This document shows positions 11,101 to 19,727 of a DNA stretch of 64,000 nt, in pieces (within the stretch, counting starts at the first letter, position 1; every line of letters starts with the position of its first letter). The translations under genes were made by a program, and so were the position numbers. Under the pieces are notes generated by a model. The model searched no databases. It was not told the origin of the DNA and saw only the letters and a list, made by a program, of their open reading frames with translations. The stretch is from Cyanobacteriota bacterium (GTDB lineage Bacteria; Cyanobacteriota; Cyanobacteriia; Thermostichales; Thermostichaceae), in assembly GCA_033764955.1 (NCBI GenBank), contig JANRIL010000011.1:64001-128000 (forward strand). Direction: 5' to 3'.

Positions 11101-12588
11101 CACCAACCGCCCCAATTTCACCGCGGATAAAGAGGGAGACCCTCGATGTACTACGCCAACGCGCCAAGCCCACTCTCGCCACTGCCGCCATTCCGGTATG
11201 ACGAAATCCCCAGTTCTACGATACTCATTTGGCATTGAGGGAAAAATCTGTTTCTCTAACACCTCTGGGTGCTCATAGAGATAGTCAATCGGATCCTGAG
11301 GTTGTTCCAACCAGTGACAATAGTCTCGATCTGATAGAGTTAAGCACTTTACTTGCTCTTGGAAAAGCTTTAGAGCTGCCACCGCATCTGCATCTGCCTG
11401 ATGTGCTCGTTCCGAAGTCAGCAAGGCATGGCGACTGTTCCAGGGAGTTAGGATCCAAGACATTAATAAGGTGTCCCAAACAGGGATCCCGCTGGCAAAA
11501 TCACTGTTTAACTGCTCCAAAATCGGCAGATCCCATGCTAGGATATTGTGTCCCACCAGCCAACCTGGGTTATCTGATGCTCCAACTTTATGCAATAGAG
11601 TGCGGATCTCGAGTAAATGGGATTGGATCTTAATTTCTACATCTGAATTATCTTGAGAGTTTGGCTGAAAATACTCTAAATGAGTCCCGGACTCAGTTGC
11701 CCAACCCAACTGAAAGATCCTTTGCCCATCACTTTCTAAATCCACCGAAACCGCTGATATCTCAAGCCGTTTCTGAAAACATTGCTTGATATCCAGATAC
11801 CCTTGTTTCATCAGCTTAATTAACTCTTGTGAGCTAGCTTGCTGAGCACAAAATGTTTCTATTCTCTTGAATGATTGATGTTCCCAAACTTCCTGTAGTT
11901 GATTATAAATCTGAAATAAATCAGAAAGTTTTAACCCTTCAAAAAACTGAATAGAGCGATTATTGAGTTGAGCGTAACTCTCTCTCAGTAACTGCTGCTT
12001 CTGATTTTCATTGATCGCAAAGAAAGGAGAATTAGCTTTAGCACCCAGATATCTGTGCCAATCAGTAAAACTGGTGAGTTTTGGCTCAAACTCTAATAGA
12101 AAATCACGTAACTGCGGATCCTCATCCAAACTCAGTCGTCGCTGCGGGGTTTGATAATGAGATTTTTTATCTTTTGTCCAAAGATGTATGTACCATTCAG
12201 CCTGTAAAATCTTTAGTACCTCTTTTAATGTCCATCTTTGCATGGCCTGCAATCGATTTTCAGAGTAATTCTCCAGAGAGCCTTGTATATCTTCTTCAAG
12301 GATCCAAGAGATTGCTGATTGACGTATTTTCCTATTCTGGTGATCATGTGGTGTCACTCCAATGACAAAAAGACAACGTTGCCCACTGAGATCCTGACCA
12401 CCTAAAATTCTCCGATCTTGTGATCCAGCATACGTAGTGATGTGTGTAAATAGGTCGTCGGTTAGATCTGGAGCAGAAATCACGCCGCAATCTTTCTTAT
12501 TCCACTTACTTAAGTGTCCCACCCGCCCATAGCGGTAATAGAGATTTTTTAGGGTGGATACGTTAGATGAGAATGATGGGTTAGTCAC
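5107..12588 (-). CDS. 2493-aa fusion: cold-shock-like domain, DEDDh 3'-5' exonuclease, RecQ SF2 helicase and UvrD SF1 helicase
   Basis: CSD-like GHLSKWNKKDCGVI..DLFTH. DEDDh: VDLE, GHNILAWD, WDT, HQADADA. RecQ: LPTGEGKS, DEAH, AFGMGMD, QEVGRIGR. UvrD: AGPGAGKT, DEFQD, GDDDQ, NYRS, TIHKVKGLEFD, VAVTRAK. Confidence 0.85.
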   Translation of the reverse strand: MTNPSFSSNVSTLKNLYYRYGRVGHLSKWNKKDCGVISAPDLTDDLFTHITTYAGSQDRRILGGQDLSGQRCLFVIGVTPHDHQNRKIRQSAISWILEEDIQGSLENYSENRLQAMQRWTLKEVLKILQAEWYIHLWTKDKKSHYQTPQRRLSLDEDPQLRDFLLEFEPKLTSFTDWHRYLGAKANSPFFAINENQKQQLLRESYAQLNNRSIQFFEGLKLSDLFQIYNQLQEVWEHQSFKRIETFCAQQASSQELIKLMKQGYLDIKQCFQKRLEISAVSVDLESDGQRIFQLGWATESGTHLEYFQPNSQDNSDVEIKIQSHLLEIRTLLHKVGASDNPGWLVGHNILAWDLPILEQLNSDFASGIPVWDTLLMSWILTPWNSRHALLTSERAHQADADAVAALKLFQEQVKCLTLSDRDYCHWLEQPQDPIDYLYEHPEVLEKQIFPSMPNEYRRTGDFVIPEWRQWREWAWRVGVVHRGSPSLSAVKLGRLVEAHPERRDLRAVAVVVRQAERQQVQVVLRMIPMWLREGLDSLLYEAIDNPITAGESGDGVIGAIAYHDLPINLPIPEDIIPLYPEEGIFERIHLEPLSTEKVRQGLGSLISQTSDLAGRMLFNIPEGVDLFQWGVDKKPLHCWLEYDPLRGRQERQFPWALRLLGADLADLFEKIQQSEDVTPHNYSSQWEVILPRWKDPGGIREGLSPGSGNRLRYWDDLLLRVLSVHYQTDPDVMLLLLVDEAGEARAIEQAIATLGLTIERSGGSILRHFEKVRRRSKPLVISAIDQVDRFLDAAATLGCKVLPLIEALPLEEWWLLDQAQQENDPDLILNEAEDGYEGDGANLDEDEELQSERQGGGDRTTLLPVQISASAMTIAIERHLGPWLWTRFQFKDPSCVPIILDSRLSHLSLGQEKRILIREIPLAKLKQPERLLETLRNILGDIERRDPPTDYESYRQFLQAHWGYLDFREGTQKPAIEAIITRTQDVLVRLPTGEGKSVLFHIPALLRGAFTQRLTLVISPLRALMADQVNTLWRKGFIQSVDYLSGDRDPWQTSEVYQGIIDNRIKLLFVAPERFRIPRFREAIQRRFEFDQGFEYIVIDEAHCVSQWGFEFRPDYLFATREIRHFYRHQPNGELIPVLLFSATITEIVRKDLEQEIDANQNTYVLRPEKIRHPIQPFIQLTAENVEVTFSAQSESLSPRLGYVENIIRSADLSRSSVIIFVTRRRHAEELVKLINEREEIDCQVDYFHAGLSADLRIELYHSFLDHEIKVLVCTKAFGMGMDIAHIHWCLHLSPPNYLEDYLQEVGRIGRNKESREAASLEYVQGKLLFAPGDFDTTQSLIQLNRITVPQLRELWIEIVAEARPLIQGENPIAIIPIDEFGSFKEDALRRYLFWLEYSERLTICAYLPGLLKVELKADNLKQYSQGSDLTATVARALLSLFESNSFTISGVPVPEIDFANSDISIPEFSTALTKIDPSENQKDSRSLASSISQVIMNVAKGVLGFFFGQSLADQRSTSLPISQLTGIQTTITSSSREPIDLGTESNDERTTNDKWTTVDLSLDNLWRHSQLRQMDQVWTGILKLSQVGALKINRKIQFKKGHYHDMQEQQFKWLRKILNIVNQKAKQPRLYWDDLISDLSADLQQESMTATWSERKIKDAQKRVVRSVVKLLRDILIRFDENISDNQTIFYSYHLTPKWIEKAKLILEISQALLTILNKEPANQNEIDLTLDELLKCCPKAVKIKPLQSAIKLISNLGIYSASNEITTFSYILEILKPDQIETDREQMHPLDQKMIKTIDDLNNMALRRAQAMELYAYLPDSLRAGYIDRYFEADSLTALEKVIDSTIGEIDDDILEVNPALKQIQGRVREEAIHQAKECLNPQQKDVCEHPYNQNLLVNAGPGAGKTHVLMMRCADLIYRQGLQPHEILVLAFNRAVVYEIKKRVRDLFKQLGYGSFVRRMQVYTFHSFALKSLSDVRDRNNDLKVTLHNFALAMQTDEALRNRVSANYKAILVDEFQDMNEDFYKVILALYQGSGAGVVVIGDDDQDILLWTRKRGDRLHANQYLQDFRIDYQSDVINLLVNYRSTFDIIQRSQVLATNLIPNRVKANITLQAYRDENGIIDHQIIEDVDPKCPRLVNLAQEVMAYNCVNIEHPKSMAVLCRTNSEVFQFYNLLQNSNVKPLRIQSNNNLKLAQVREIGEWIDLCQTYLSQEPDPGLTSSIWDELLEQYRQLVLADVNYGIESIEQLRSLTFVEYESYSTLSQHLAMIQDLKTSDFTRLSQSLSNRDPGITISTIHKVKGLEFDVVYVPSSITTFPFMDKDDGDNFEGHGNNILDSAAEEARLYYVAVTRAKNELYFDWGPREKAWSKKQAFQGINQQVLRLEGSPDEVFISWPGFKEQYNDGLQDYLRTHVRINDSVVIKNRRQVLHGQRIIGYLQADLYGNDQSQIRVSNIYRYPVSVEITPEKYYKQLAPEIKTQGWHYTVLLAGQL

Positions 12589-12646
12589 GACAGAAATATA
12601 CCAATGAGATCAAATGAGTGATTTTTACTTCAGCAAAATACATATG

Positions 12647-15600
12647 CTAATTAGAGATCGGCCAGAGATAAATTAACCCTACTGGTTCCACTCGTTCCGC
12701 CTTCACCCTATAAGTTTTCTGAATCCGATCTGGTTCTGTTTGGATCTCTTGCTCTAACTGGCTGAGGCGGATTTCCCAGTGACGGTGATCGGCGTTAATT
12801 TGTCGCAATTCATCCGCATTGAATAACCCCAGTTGGATCGTCTCAAATTTGCTCTTTTCTTTGAGGATCCGATCTCGTTGCTCTTGTAAAAGTTCTTTCA
12901 TTTCCTTGGCTTCAGACTCTCCTCGCTGGTTGAGTTTACGCTGAGCGCGTTCACTCAGTTCCTTGGCCCGCCGCTCCAAATGAGGGATCAGATCCTGGAC
13001 GTCTTGGGGGGCAACCCCTTTGAGCTTCTCCAGCACTGGGGGTGGCACTTCCCGTAGGCGAGGGCTGGCGAGGGAATCCTCTAAAATCTGCAAAACATCC
13101 TTCTTTTCGCCCTCAGTAACAGGTCTTAAACGGCCCCGACCTCTGGCCTCAGGATCCACCCATTCAGCGGCCACAGTGATGATTTCATCATGCAAACGAG
13201 CTGCCCGTTCCCCGTACAGCGATAACCGTCCCAAGATCACCACTCGAGGAATGGGATCCTCACTGCGACAGACACAGGCGCGGCTGAGTTCGTGGTGCAA
13301 AAATCCCTGGGAGAGGAACCGTCCCAATAGCCGTTGCACAATGCGGTGCTCTAAATGCAGATGCACCACCTCACCATCCAGGGATCCTGGATCTTTGAAG
13401 ACTACCGGACGAATGGGGGCTTCTTTCCGCCAGTCCCAGAGTTTCTGGGTCTTCTGGCGTGGTTGCCTTAGACTGTCAAGAGTCATCGCCCAGGTGGGAT
13501 CCGCACCGGCTTCTTGATCGAGAGCAGGCAACAGCCAACGGGAACGTTCATTGTCACCGATGGCTTCCTGGGCAGAGAGAGGCTTGAGGGGTTGGGATCC
13601 GAGTAGCTCCAATGAAACGGACAGAGCCTCTCGAAAATGGCGATCATCCAATCCTAACCATTGCTGCGAGTCACGAAGCATGGTTTCCAACTCCACCTGT
13701 TGCTGTCGGAGTTTGTCCTGGCGAAGGCGAATGGCTTCCAGTTCTTCCCGAATTGCGCCGCGCCGCTCATCATCGTTGTCTTTGTCGGCCTGGTTTATAG
13801 CGGAGCTGAGACTATCAACCTCGGTTACTCGGATCCCTCGCTCCAACAACTTGGTGACGTTCTTCTCCACCACCGGGGAGAGGCTACCCAATTCTTCCTG
13901 GATCCGTTGGGTCTTTTGCACCAGCACATCCATCACCCTGTCTTCAGGGCGCTGGGGTAAGACGAAGTAATAGCAACGGACTTCAGTCTGTCGCTGGAGT
14001 TTGCGGTCAATCCGCCCATTGCGCTGTTCCATGCGGCTGGGGTTCCAGGGCACATCAAAGTGAAACAGATCTGCACAGTGATTTTGTAGGTTTACCCCCT
14101 CACGGGCAGCGTCGGTGGCAATGAGAATCCGCAAGGGATGTTTGTGGGGATCCATGTTGAAGGCTTCTTTGATTAAGCGGCGATCCTCTTTACTCATCCC
14201 GCCATGAAATGTACCAATCCGGTCATAATCACGGTCGGATCCGGCAATCAAAGAGCTTAACTGTTGTTCCAAATAGCGCTTGGTATCAGCGTATTCGGTG
14301 AAAATTAGTACCCGTGTAGGCATCCATGCTGCTCCTGGGGATCCCATCTTGGGGCAGAGGTTTTGACGGATCCAGTCGCCTAATTTTTTGACTTTGCTAT
14401 CAGGTTGGTGGCGGCTTCGCTCAGCAATCTGGGTCATCTCTTCTAACAGTTCAAGTTCTTTTGAGGTGATGCCCTCGGTTCCGGAGCGGCTGGCCTTTTC
14501 CATCTGAGCCGTTTCTTCTGCAAAGACTTCCAGTTCATCAAGATCGGCTCGCTCGTCATCGGAGCCTGGAGATTCCCATAACAGGGGATAGGATTGCTGG
14601 GTTTCCGGGACTACTTTTTCTAACTGCTTTTGGATCCCGCGTCGGTGAACCCTCAAAGTGCAAGCAAACGCTTCGATAGAGGACATTAGCCGCTTTTGCA
14701 AAGAGGTGATCACCAACATGGACGTCGTTAGGGTGGAGCGGGGAGCTGATTTCAGCCGTTCCTCTCGGCAGGTTCTATACTCCTGCAGCAGTTGAGCCAG
14801 CGTTAACTCTGGGACATCATCCGGCAATCCATCAATCACTACGGGTACGACATGACGCAATGGAAAATCAGCGTTATTAATTTCTCGTAGATCCTGCTTA
14901 AGACGACGAACCATCACCGCATCCAGCAGTTTCTTGCTCCGTACAGGCACCCCTCGACAAAATCGCTGCGGATCCAAAATTTCTAAAAGCGCCGCAAAGC
15001 TATTGGAGTGTCCGTTGTGAGGGGTGGCAGACAAGAAGAGCCGATGTTCAAAGCGAGGAGCCAATTCCCGCACTGTGCGAGTGAGTTGGGAGTCAATGGC
15101 ATAGCGGGTTCCACTGGCGGGGGCAGCATTGTGAGCTTCGTCGAGGATGAGTAGGGATCCTGGGGCAAAGTCCTGCATCCAGTCTCGTAAGGGTGCAGCG
15201 TAGGTTTCATCCCGCAATAGTGCGTGGGAGATGATAAATCGATTGTGGGTTTTCCATGGGTTCATGCCGTAGCCCCTTTCTCGACGCTTGGCCGCCACAA
15301 AATCTCGGTCATAAACAATGAAGGTGAGCCCAAAGCGGCTCTCCATCTCATCTTTCCACTGATCCACCACTGAGGGTGGGCAAGAGATCACGACCCGCTT
15401 CACCTTCTGCCGCATCAGCATCTCTCGCAGGATCAGTCCAGCCTCTATGGTTTTGCCTAAGCCCACATCATCAGCGATGAACAGATTTACCCTTGGCATT
15501 TTCAAGGCTTTACGAAGGGGTTCTAGCTGGTAAGCTTTGACCTCAATCCCAGCTCGGTAAGGAGCTTGAAAAAGTTTGGGTTCAGTGGAAGTGACACAGT

Positions 15601-15868
15601 TCCACCTCAGAGCGTGCAGAAATGCAGAAAATTGGCGAGGTTGATCAAAGCCCCGTTGAGTGACCTGTTCCCAGGAAGAGGTGGCCAAGATCTGGGCATC
15701 AATTTCCCTTTGCCAGAATACATTTAGAGGCTCACCCTGAGCATCGTCTTCCAAACAAGCCAGCCTCACCTGGGTATCCCCTGTGGGGGATGGGATAACC
15801 TCCTCAACGAGATATTGACGGGAGCGGATTCTAACTATCTGACCCAGTTCTGGAGAGATTGAGTGCAC
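12647..15868 (-). CDS. drmD: SNF2-like helicase, DISARM DrmD
   Basis: PELGQIVRIRSRQYLV N-terminus, IADDVGLGKTIE, DEAH, LSATPHNG, TDAAREGVNLQ, MEQRNGRIDR, and C-terminal EPVGLIYLWP. Confidence 0.88.
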   Translation of the reverse strand: MHSISPELGQIVRIRSRQYLVEEVIPSPTGDTQVRLACLEDDAQGEPLNVFWQREIDAQILATSSWEQVTQRGFDQPRQFSAFLHALRWNCVTSTEPKLFQAPYRAGIEVKAYQLEPLRKALKMPRVNLFIADDVGLGKTIEAGLILREMLMRQKVKRVVISCPPSVVDQWKDEMESRFGLTFIVYDRDFVAAKRRERGYGMNPWKTHNRFIISHALLRDETYAAPLRDWMQDFAPGSLLILDEAHNAAPASGTRYAIDSQLTRTVRELAPRFEHRLFLSATPHNGHSNSFAALLEILDPQRFCRGVPVRSKKLLDAVMVRRLKQDLREINNADFPLRHVVPVVIDGLPDDVPELTLAQLLQEYRTCREERLKSAPRSTLTTSMLVITSLQKRLMSSIEAFACTLRVHRRGIQKQLEKVVPETQQSYPLLWESPGSDDERADLDELEVFAEETAQMEKASRSGTEGITSKELELLEEMTQIAERSRHQPDSKVKKLGDWIRQNLCPKMGSPGAAWMPTRVLIFTEYADTKRYLEQQLSSLIAGSDRDYDRIGTFHGGMSKEDRRLIKEAFNMDPHKHPLRILIATDAAREGVNLQNHCADLFHFDVPWNPSRMEQRNGRIDRKLQRQTEVRCYYFVLPQRPEDRVMDVLVQKTQRIQEELGSLSPVVEKNVTKLLERGIRVTEVDSLSSAINQADKDNDDERRGAIREELEAIRLRQDKLRQQQVELETMLRDSQQWLGLDDRHFREALSVSLELLGSQPLKPLSAQEAIGDNERSRWLLPALDQEAGADPTWAMTLDSLRQPRQKTQKLWDWRKEAPIRPVVFKDPGSLDGEVVHLHLEHRIVQRLLGRFLSQGFLHHELSRACVCRSEDPIPRVVILGRLSLYGERAARLHDEIITVAAEWVDPEARGRGRLRPVTEGEKKDVLQILEDSLASPRLREVPPPVLEKLKGVAPQDVQDLIPHLERRAKELSERAQRKLNQRGESEAKEMKELLQEQRDRILKEKSKFETIQLGLFNADELRQINADHRHWEIRLSQLEQEIQTEPDRIQKTYRVKAERVEPVGLIYLWPISN

Positions 15869-16114
15869 TGATTCTTCTCAGGTTTTGCTTACAACGGTAG
15901 CAAAAGCTTTACGGGCTCTGATCACGACATGCAAGCAAGAATGATGAATGATGAGGCATTAGGGAGAGAATTGACACACCGACTGCAATTACTCGGCCTT
16001 GCTTTGGATCTGTTCCTCGCACTCCGGAGCAATCCTATCCAGTCTTTATGGTTGTCAGGCTGAAAGTTCCACTGTCAATAGTTTGTTTGGGGTGAGTCGG
16101 CTTGGATCTTGCCT

Positions 16115-16318
16115 CTATTCATAAGCAGGTTTCAGTTCCCAGGAATCTTCGATGGTGGTGGTTTCCTTTCCCCGTCGCCACTTGACTTTGTAACGACCCG
16201 TGCGGGTAATGCCAATGACTTCCCCAATAGGGTAGATAGGCCAGCCACAAGGATCTTTGGGAAAGCGGCGGGTGAGGGTGTTGCGGTAACTTACACGGTC
16301 GCCAATCTGGAATTCCAT
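16115..16318 (-). CDS. Small hypothetical protein (KOW/SH3-like pattern)
   Basis: MEFQIGDRVSY...GEVIGITRTGRYKVKW, with a GGAG RBS inside the repeat leader. Confidence 0.65.
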   Translation of the reverse strand: MEFQIGDRVSYRNTLTRRFPKDPCGWPIYPIGEVIGITRTGRYKVKWRRGKETTTIEDSWELKPAYE

Positions 16319-16357
16319 ACTGAGATCTCCACTCAATTCACCCAAGCCGTAGGACAG

Positions 16358-16555
16358 TTATCGCCAGCCATATCCAGGCTTGGGACGAGTGTAATAGTCA
16401 GGGTGAACCGCACGGTCAGCCGCATCTTTTACGTCGTCATGGGCATAAGGGATCCCTCGTTGCAGGCATTCGTCCTTGAGGAGATCAATGAGTTCAGATA
16501 GGTCGATATCGGGGTTGGCTTTCTCAAGTTGACGGGCTAAGGTTCTAAGTTTCAT
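16358..16555 (-). CDS. Small hypothetical protein
   Basis: MKLRTLARQLEKANPDIDLSELIDLLK..., co-oriented in the array; start uncertain. Confidence 0.6.
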   Translation of the reverse strand: MKLRTLARQLEKANPDIDLSELIDLLKDECLQRGIPYAHDDVKDAADRAVHPDYYTRPKPGYGWR

Positions 16556-16654
16556 GGTGGGTGGGGTGTCGGGGTGGAGCCTGGTACACTCCTTCACCAG
16601 GCGGTAGGGCGACAAAGAATAGGGATCCCCATCGGTTAGGGATCCCTAATCAAT

Positions 16655-17182
16655 CTATGCAGGTAGTTCCAACGGCTGAGCTTCTGCATCTTTGAGATGC
16701 CGGACATCTGCTAGGCGGGAAGCATAGAGATCCTGCTCACTGGCGAAGGCTTGCAGTTCTGTCACACGTTTCTTGTTCGACTCTTTCCACTCAAACTCGA
16801 CGGCGTAGTAGACTCCCAGATCACCGGAGCGCTTGGACATCTTGGCGGTGGTCACCCCTTGCCCGACAGCTTTGCTCTGGGATGCCAGATCGAGCATGAA
16901 GTCGAGAAAGTTATCCAAGCTCTGAGTTTTGAACAGAATGTGGCTGACGACATTACGCGGATCCACAAACAGAACTTCCAGCCAAGTTTGATGCGGATAG
17001 TCGAAAAGCTGATCCTCGAAGGTACGCCAAGATAGGATTTCCATTGCCAATGTGGATCCGATAAACTTGGATTCGCCAATTTTGAACACACCGGACTTGC
17101 AATCAGCGCGATACTGACAGGGGCGGCCAGGAATGTAGGTGATTCCTTTCAGGTCAGGGGTAGCAAATGCGTTCGCAAACAT
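16655..17182 (-). CDS. Hypothetical protein (possible ssDNA-binding/OB-like)
   Basis: 175 aa, strong AAGGAG RBS, beta-rich and aromatic pattern with an acidic/Pro tail. The function is an inference. Confidence 0.7.
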   Translation of the reverse strand: MFANAFATPDLKGITYIPGRPCQYRADCKSGVFKIGESKFIGSTLAMEILSWRTFEDQLFDYPHQTWLEVLFVDPRNVVSHILFKTQSLDNFLDFMLDLASQSKAVGQGVTTAKMSKRSGDLGVYYAVEFEWKESNKKRVTELQAFASEQDLYASRLADVRHLKDAEAQPLELPA

Positions 17183-17233
17183 GATGATTTCTCCTTTTGA
17201 GAAACTAAGTTACACAATCACCAGAGGACTCAG

Positions 17234-17665
17234 TTAAGCTCCTATTTTTGACTGTTGTGCATTGATATATTCACGCAAATTCTGATATCCATTGGCAAAC
17301 AGAACAGCATAGCCATGTTTACAGCAAGCTTGCTTGAAAAATACCTTTTGATTCTGGTAGTCATCACAGGTGCAATGCAAGCTACTGCTTTGGAGTAAGA
17401 CTTGATGTTGATGCCCATTCTCTGGATTGAAAACGAGATAATGATTTTGAGAATTTAGCTTGATCTCCAACTCTGTAGCTAAAGACTTACGAGTTTCCAC
17501 AAAGTCTTGGTGGAAGGCTTTTCGAGACAGGAAGCGGGGACGGGATCCCTTGACTTGAGCGAGTATCACTCTAGGCCAGACTTGGATCTGGATGTGGTGA
17601 GGCATGACTCCCAGGATGCGGCTGGCAGCGGTGCGGGAATACAACATCTTCTCTTTCGTTATCAT
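17234..17665 (-). CDS. SWIM zinc-finger protein
   Basis: CTCDDY...CCKHGYAV matches the CxC-xn-CxH motif. Confidence 0.8.
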   Translation of the reverse strand: MITKEKMLYSRTAASRILGVMPHHIQIQVWPRVILAQVKGSRPRFLSRKAFHQDFVETRKSLATELEIKLNSQNHYLVFNPENGHQHQVLLQSSSLHCTCDDYQNQKVFFKQACCKHGYAVLFANGYQNLREYINAQQSKIGA

Positions 17666-17700
17666 TGTTTAGCCCTCTTAACGACACCCATTCCGTAGGA

Positions 17701-18030
17701 CTAATACTCGCTACTGTGCATTAATGTTAGAACCCGTCTCGTTTGAGTTAGATCCGCTGGATCTGGGGAGAGATATTTCAAGCTCTGGTCGTAGTAGTCT
17801 ATCTTCCAGAAATACTTTTCTCCATTATAGTCAATTGCCCCAAAGTCATGCTCTCCATAAGGATCATTGTCTTCATTAAAGACATTAAACTGTCTGACTA
17901 GCTGGAGTAGTTCTGAGATATGGGATCCCAGTAATTGAACAGTTGGAGTGATGACAATGTAAGCATTCCAGGATTTGCGGAATTCGTCATTCAGCTGAGC
18001 AATTCTTTGAGTTGTTTGTGTGATTGACAT
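17701..18030 (-). CDS. DUF3768-family protein
   Basis: IAQLNDEFR...FNEDNDPYGEHDFG...FWKIDYYD...RVLTLM..EY; start re-assigned to the ATG after GGAG. Confidence 0.85.
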   Translation of the reverse strand: MSITQTTQRIAQLNDEFRKSWNAYIVITPTVQLLGSHISELLQLVRQFNVFNEDNDPYGEHDFGAIDYNGEKYFWKIDYYDQSLKYLSPDPADLTQTRRVLTLMHSSEY

Positions 18031-18067
18031 GGGAAGGTCTCCTTGTTTCACAATTGCCGTAGGACTG

Positions 18068-18421
18068 TCAATACATGATGTGACTGGGTTTATTAAGGGA
18101 CTTGGCAAGTTGGATGCTATGGGCAGTGCCGGGGCTGAATCCGTCCCAAAAGGCGACAATTACATCCGCCGCTTGAATAATGTCGTGATTGCGTCGGATC
18201 CCTGCTAACTTGCCGTGTTGATGCCAGTCGGCGGGGTGGATTTGGACAGGGATCCCTCTGGCACGAGCTGCTTGTTCCGCCGTCTGGTCAACGCCTCTGG
18301 CTCCACCACTAATGACGATGCAACCCTCTGGTAATTGAGCAACAAAATCCCGCACGGCTTTGAGATTCCAGTAAGTCCTGGAGCCAATGACTGCTACACG
18401 ACAGGGATGAGTGGTGAGCAT
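18068..18421 (-). CDS. SLOG-family (YspA/DUF2493-like) protein
   Basis: VAVIGSR, ISGGARGVD, W..HGKLAGIRRN and AFWDG.SPGT. Confidence 0.85.
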   Translation of the reverse strand: MLTTHPCRVAVIGSRTYWNLKAVRDFVAQLPEGCIVISGGARGVDQTAEQAARARGIPVQIHPADWHQHGKLAGIRRNHDIIQAADVIVAFWDGFSPGTAHSIQLAKSLNKPSHIMY

Positions 18422-18454
18422 AAACTCTCCGTCAACTTCACCCCCGCCGTAGGA

Positions 18455-18628
18455 CTACAACTGGTCGGCTAGCGCAGTCAGGATCCGGTTCACATAGACC
18501 TCTTGTTCGCGCCAGCGGCCCCTTGGGGCATAGATCGGCACTTCTTCTGGTTGGCTATCAGGGAAATGTTCTGCAATCCAGACTAGGGCTTGTTCCATCA
18601 GGTAATCCAGGATTTGAGAATTGAGCAT
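18455..18628 (-). CDS. 57-aa hypothetical protein with an in-frame mini-repeat insertion (not in the ORF track)
   Basis: MLNSQILDYLMEQALVWIAEHFP...TALADQL, with a GGAG RBS and leader repeats on both sides. Confidence 0.65.
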   Translation of the reverse strand: MLNSQILDYLMEQALVWIAEHFPDSQPEEVPIYAPRGRWREQEVYVNRILTALADQL

Positions 18629-18666
18629 GAGTGTGTCTCCACATCGACACCCCCGCCGCAGGACTG

Positions 18667-18840
18667 TTAATCATCTCCCAGTAATCGAGTCATGAAATTG
18701 AACAGCTTCTCGCCGGAATCAGAATCCGAATCATCCAACGTAAACACCGCCATGCGCCTAGGGCACGCTAGCGCGAACACTACATTCACGTCTTCATCCA
18801 CATAGTAGATTTCTGGGGATCCGTTCTCTTGATCTGACAT
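18667..18840 (-). CDS. 57-aa acidic hypothetical protein with an in-frame mini-repeat insertion
   Basis: MSDQENGSPEIYYVDEDVNVV[FALACPRR]MAVFTLDD..., following the leader repeat at 18870. Confidence 0.6.
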   Translation of the reverse strand: MSDQENGSPEIYYVDEDVNVVFALACPRRMAVFTLDDSDSDSGEKLFNFMTRLLGDD

Positions 18841-18959
18841 TTCATCGACCTTCACTGACGTCACCCACTCCTTAGGACAGCCTAAACCTTTCTTTAGAGG
18901 GAGATGGGGTCTGGGGAACGCGCAGGGGAAGGGTGGGGTAAGTTCCCCAGTGGAGAGGT

Positions 18960-18984
18960 AAAAAAAGGGGATCTCGGGATCCCC
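18960..18984 (-). terminator. Rho-independent terminator
   Basis: The minus strand reads GGGGATC-CCGA-GATCCCC followed by a run of T, just after the 18993 stop. Confidence 0.75.
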
Positions 18985-18992
18985 AACTTGAT

Positions 18993-19166
18993 TTAGCGGC
19001 TGACGGCGACGTAGATGTTGCCCCACTTGGACTTGGCAACACGGGCACCGGGATAGTGAGTGGAGAATGCCAGAGCCGTGTTGATGTCCTTAAAGTGGGC
19101 GATGTAGGCATCAGGGGTCAGGACTGTACGGGTGGCACCCCAGAGACGGGCAAAGTTGAAGCACAT
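18993..19166 (-). CDS. 57-aa hypothetical protein (not in the ORF track)
   Basis: MCFNFARLWGATRTVLTPDAYIAHFKD...IYVAVSR, with an AGAGG RBS and a terminator after it. Confidence 0.6.
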   Translation of the reverse strand: MCFNFARLWGATRTVLTPDAYIAHFKDINTALAFSTHYPGARVAKSKWGNIYVAVSR

Positions 19167-19693
19167 AGGAAAAACCTCTTAACGATGCCAGCACAAAGAT
19201 CCCGCCCCTCTCCTGCAAGCAAGGCTCAGGCACCTTGGAATATCGCAGGGACGAGAATATGCCGAGAAAGGCATGGACGACTCTTGCAGTCCGGCTGTTC
19301 GCGCCAGTGTGCCCAAGGCGCAATCAGTTGGTGGTTTTGGGTGGGACACGGTGCCGTGGCAGTGGAGAGGGATCCGCTGTGCCGCTTGACTCCCGACCTG
19401 GTGCCTCCCTATTCCTGTTCGGTCTAGATGCCGTCAACATTTGGGACATCAACATCTCAGGCACATCAACTTCTGGTGTGGGAGGGGAACGGAGTGCTGG
19501 TGGGTGGGGCGAATTGAGGGATCCCTGGGGAGAACGGGGGTATGGGGGAATGCGGCGGGTGGGTGGGTCAAGTTCCCCCATTGTGAGGTGGACAAGCTCT
19601 GTTGGACACGTCACCTGAGCAAGAGTCCCGACGTGCGGCAGCGGGTCGGTTCCATAGCCGGGTTTAGGGATCCCTTGGCTTAAGGAATAAGAA

Positions 19694-19716
19694 CTGGGGA
19701 GAATAAATCCCCCCAG
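19694..19716 (-). terminator. Probable terminator hairpin
   Basis: Minus-strand CTGGGG...CCCCAG stem followed by TTCTTATT, after the 19728 stop. Confidence 0.55.
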
Positions 19717-19727
19717 CCTTGTCAGAC

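Noticed and set aside
494..15210. Numerous short antisense or overlapping ORFs inside the DISARM-like genes
   Set aside because: They overlap long motif-bearing genes in other frames and have no independent support.
19235..19683. ORFs 19235-19618, 19324-19614 and 19441-19683
   Set aside because: Low-complexity Pro/Gly translations of a structured, G-run-rich leader region, with no RBS or recognisable motifs.
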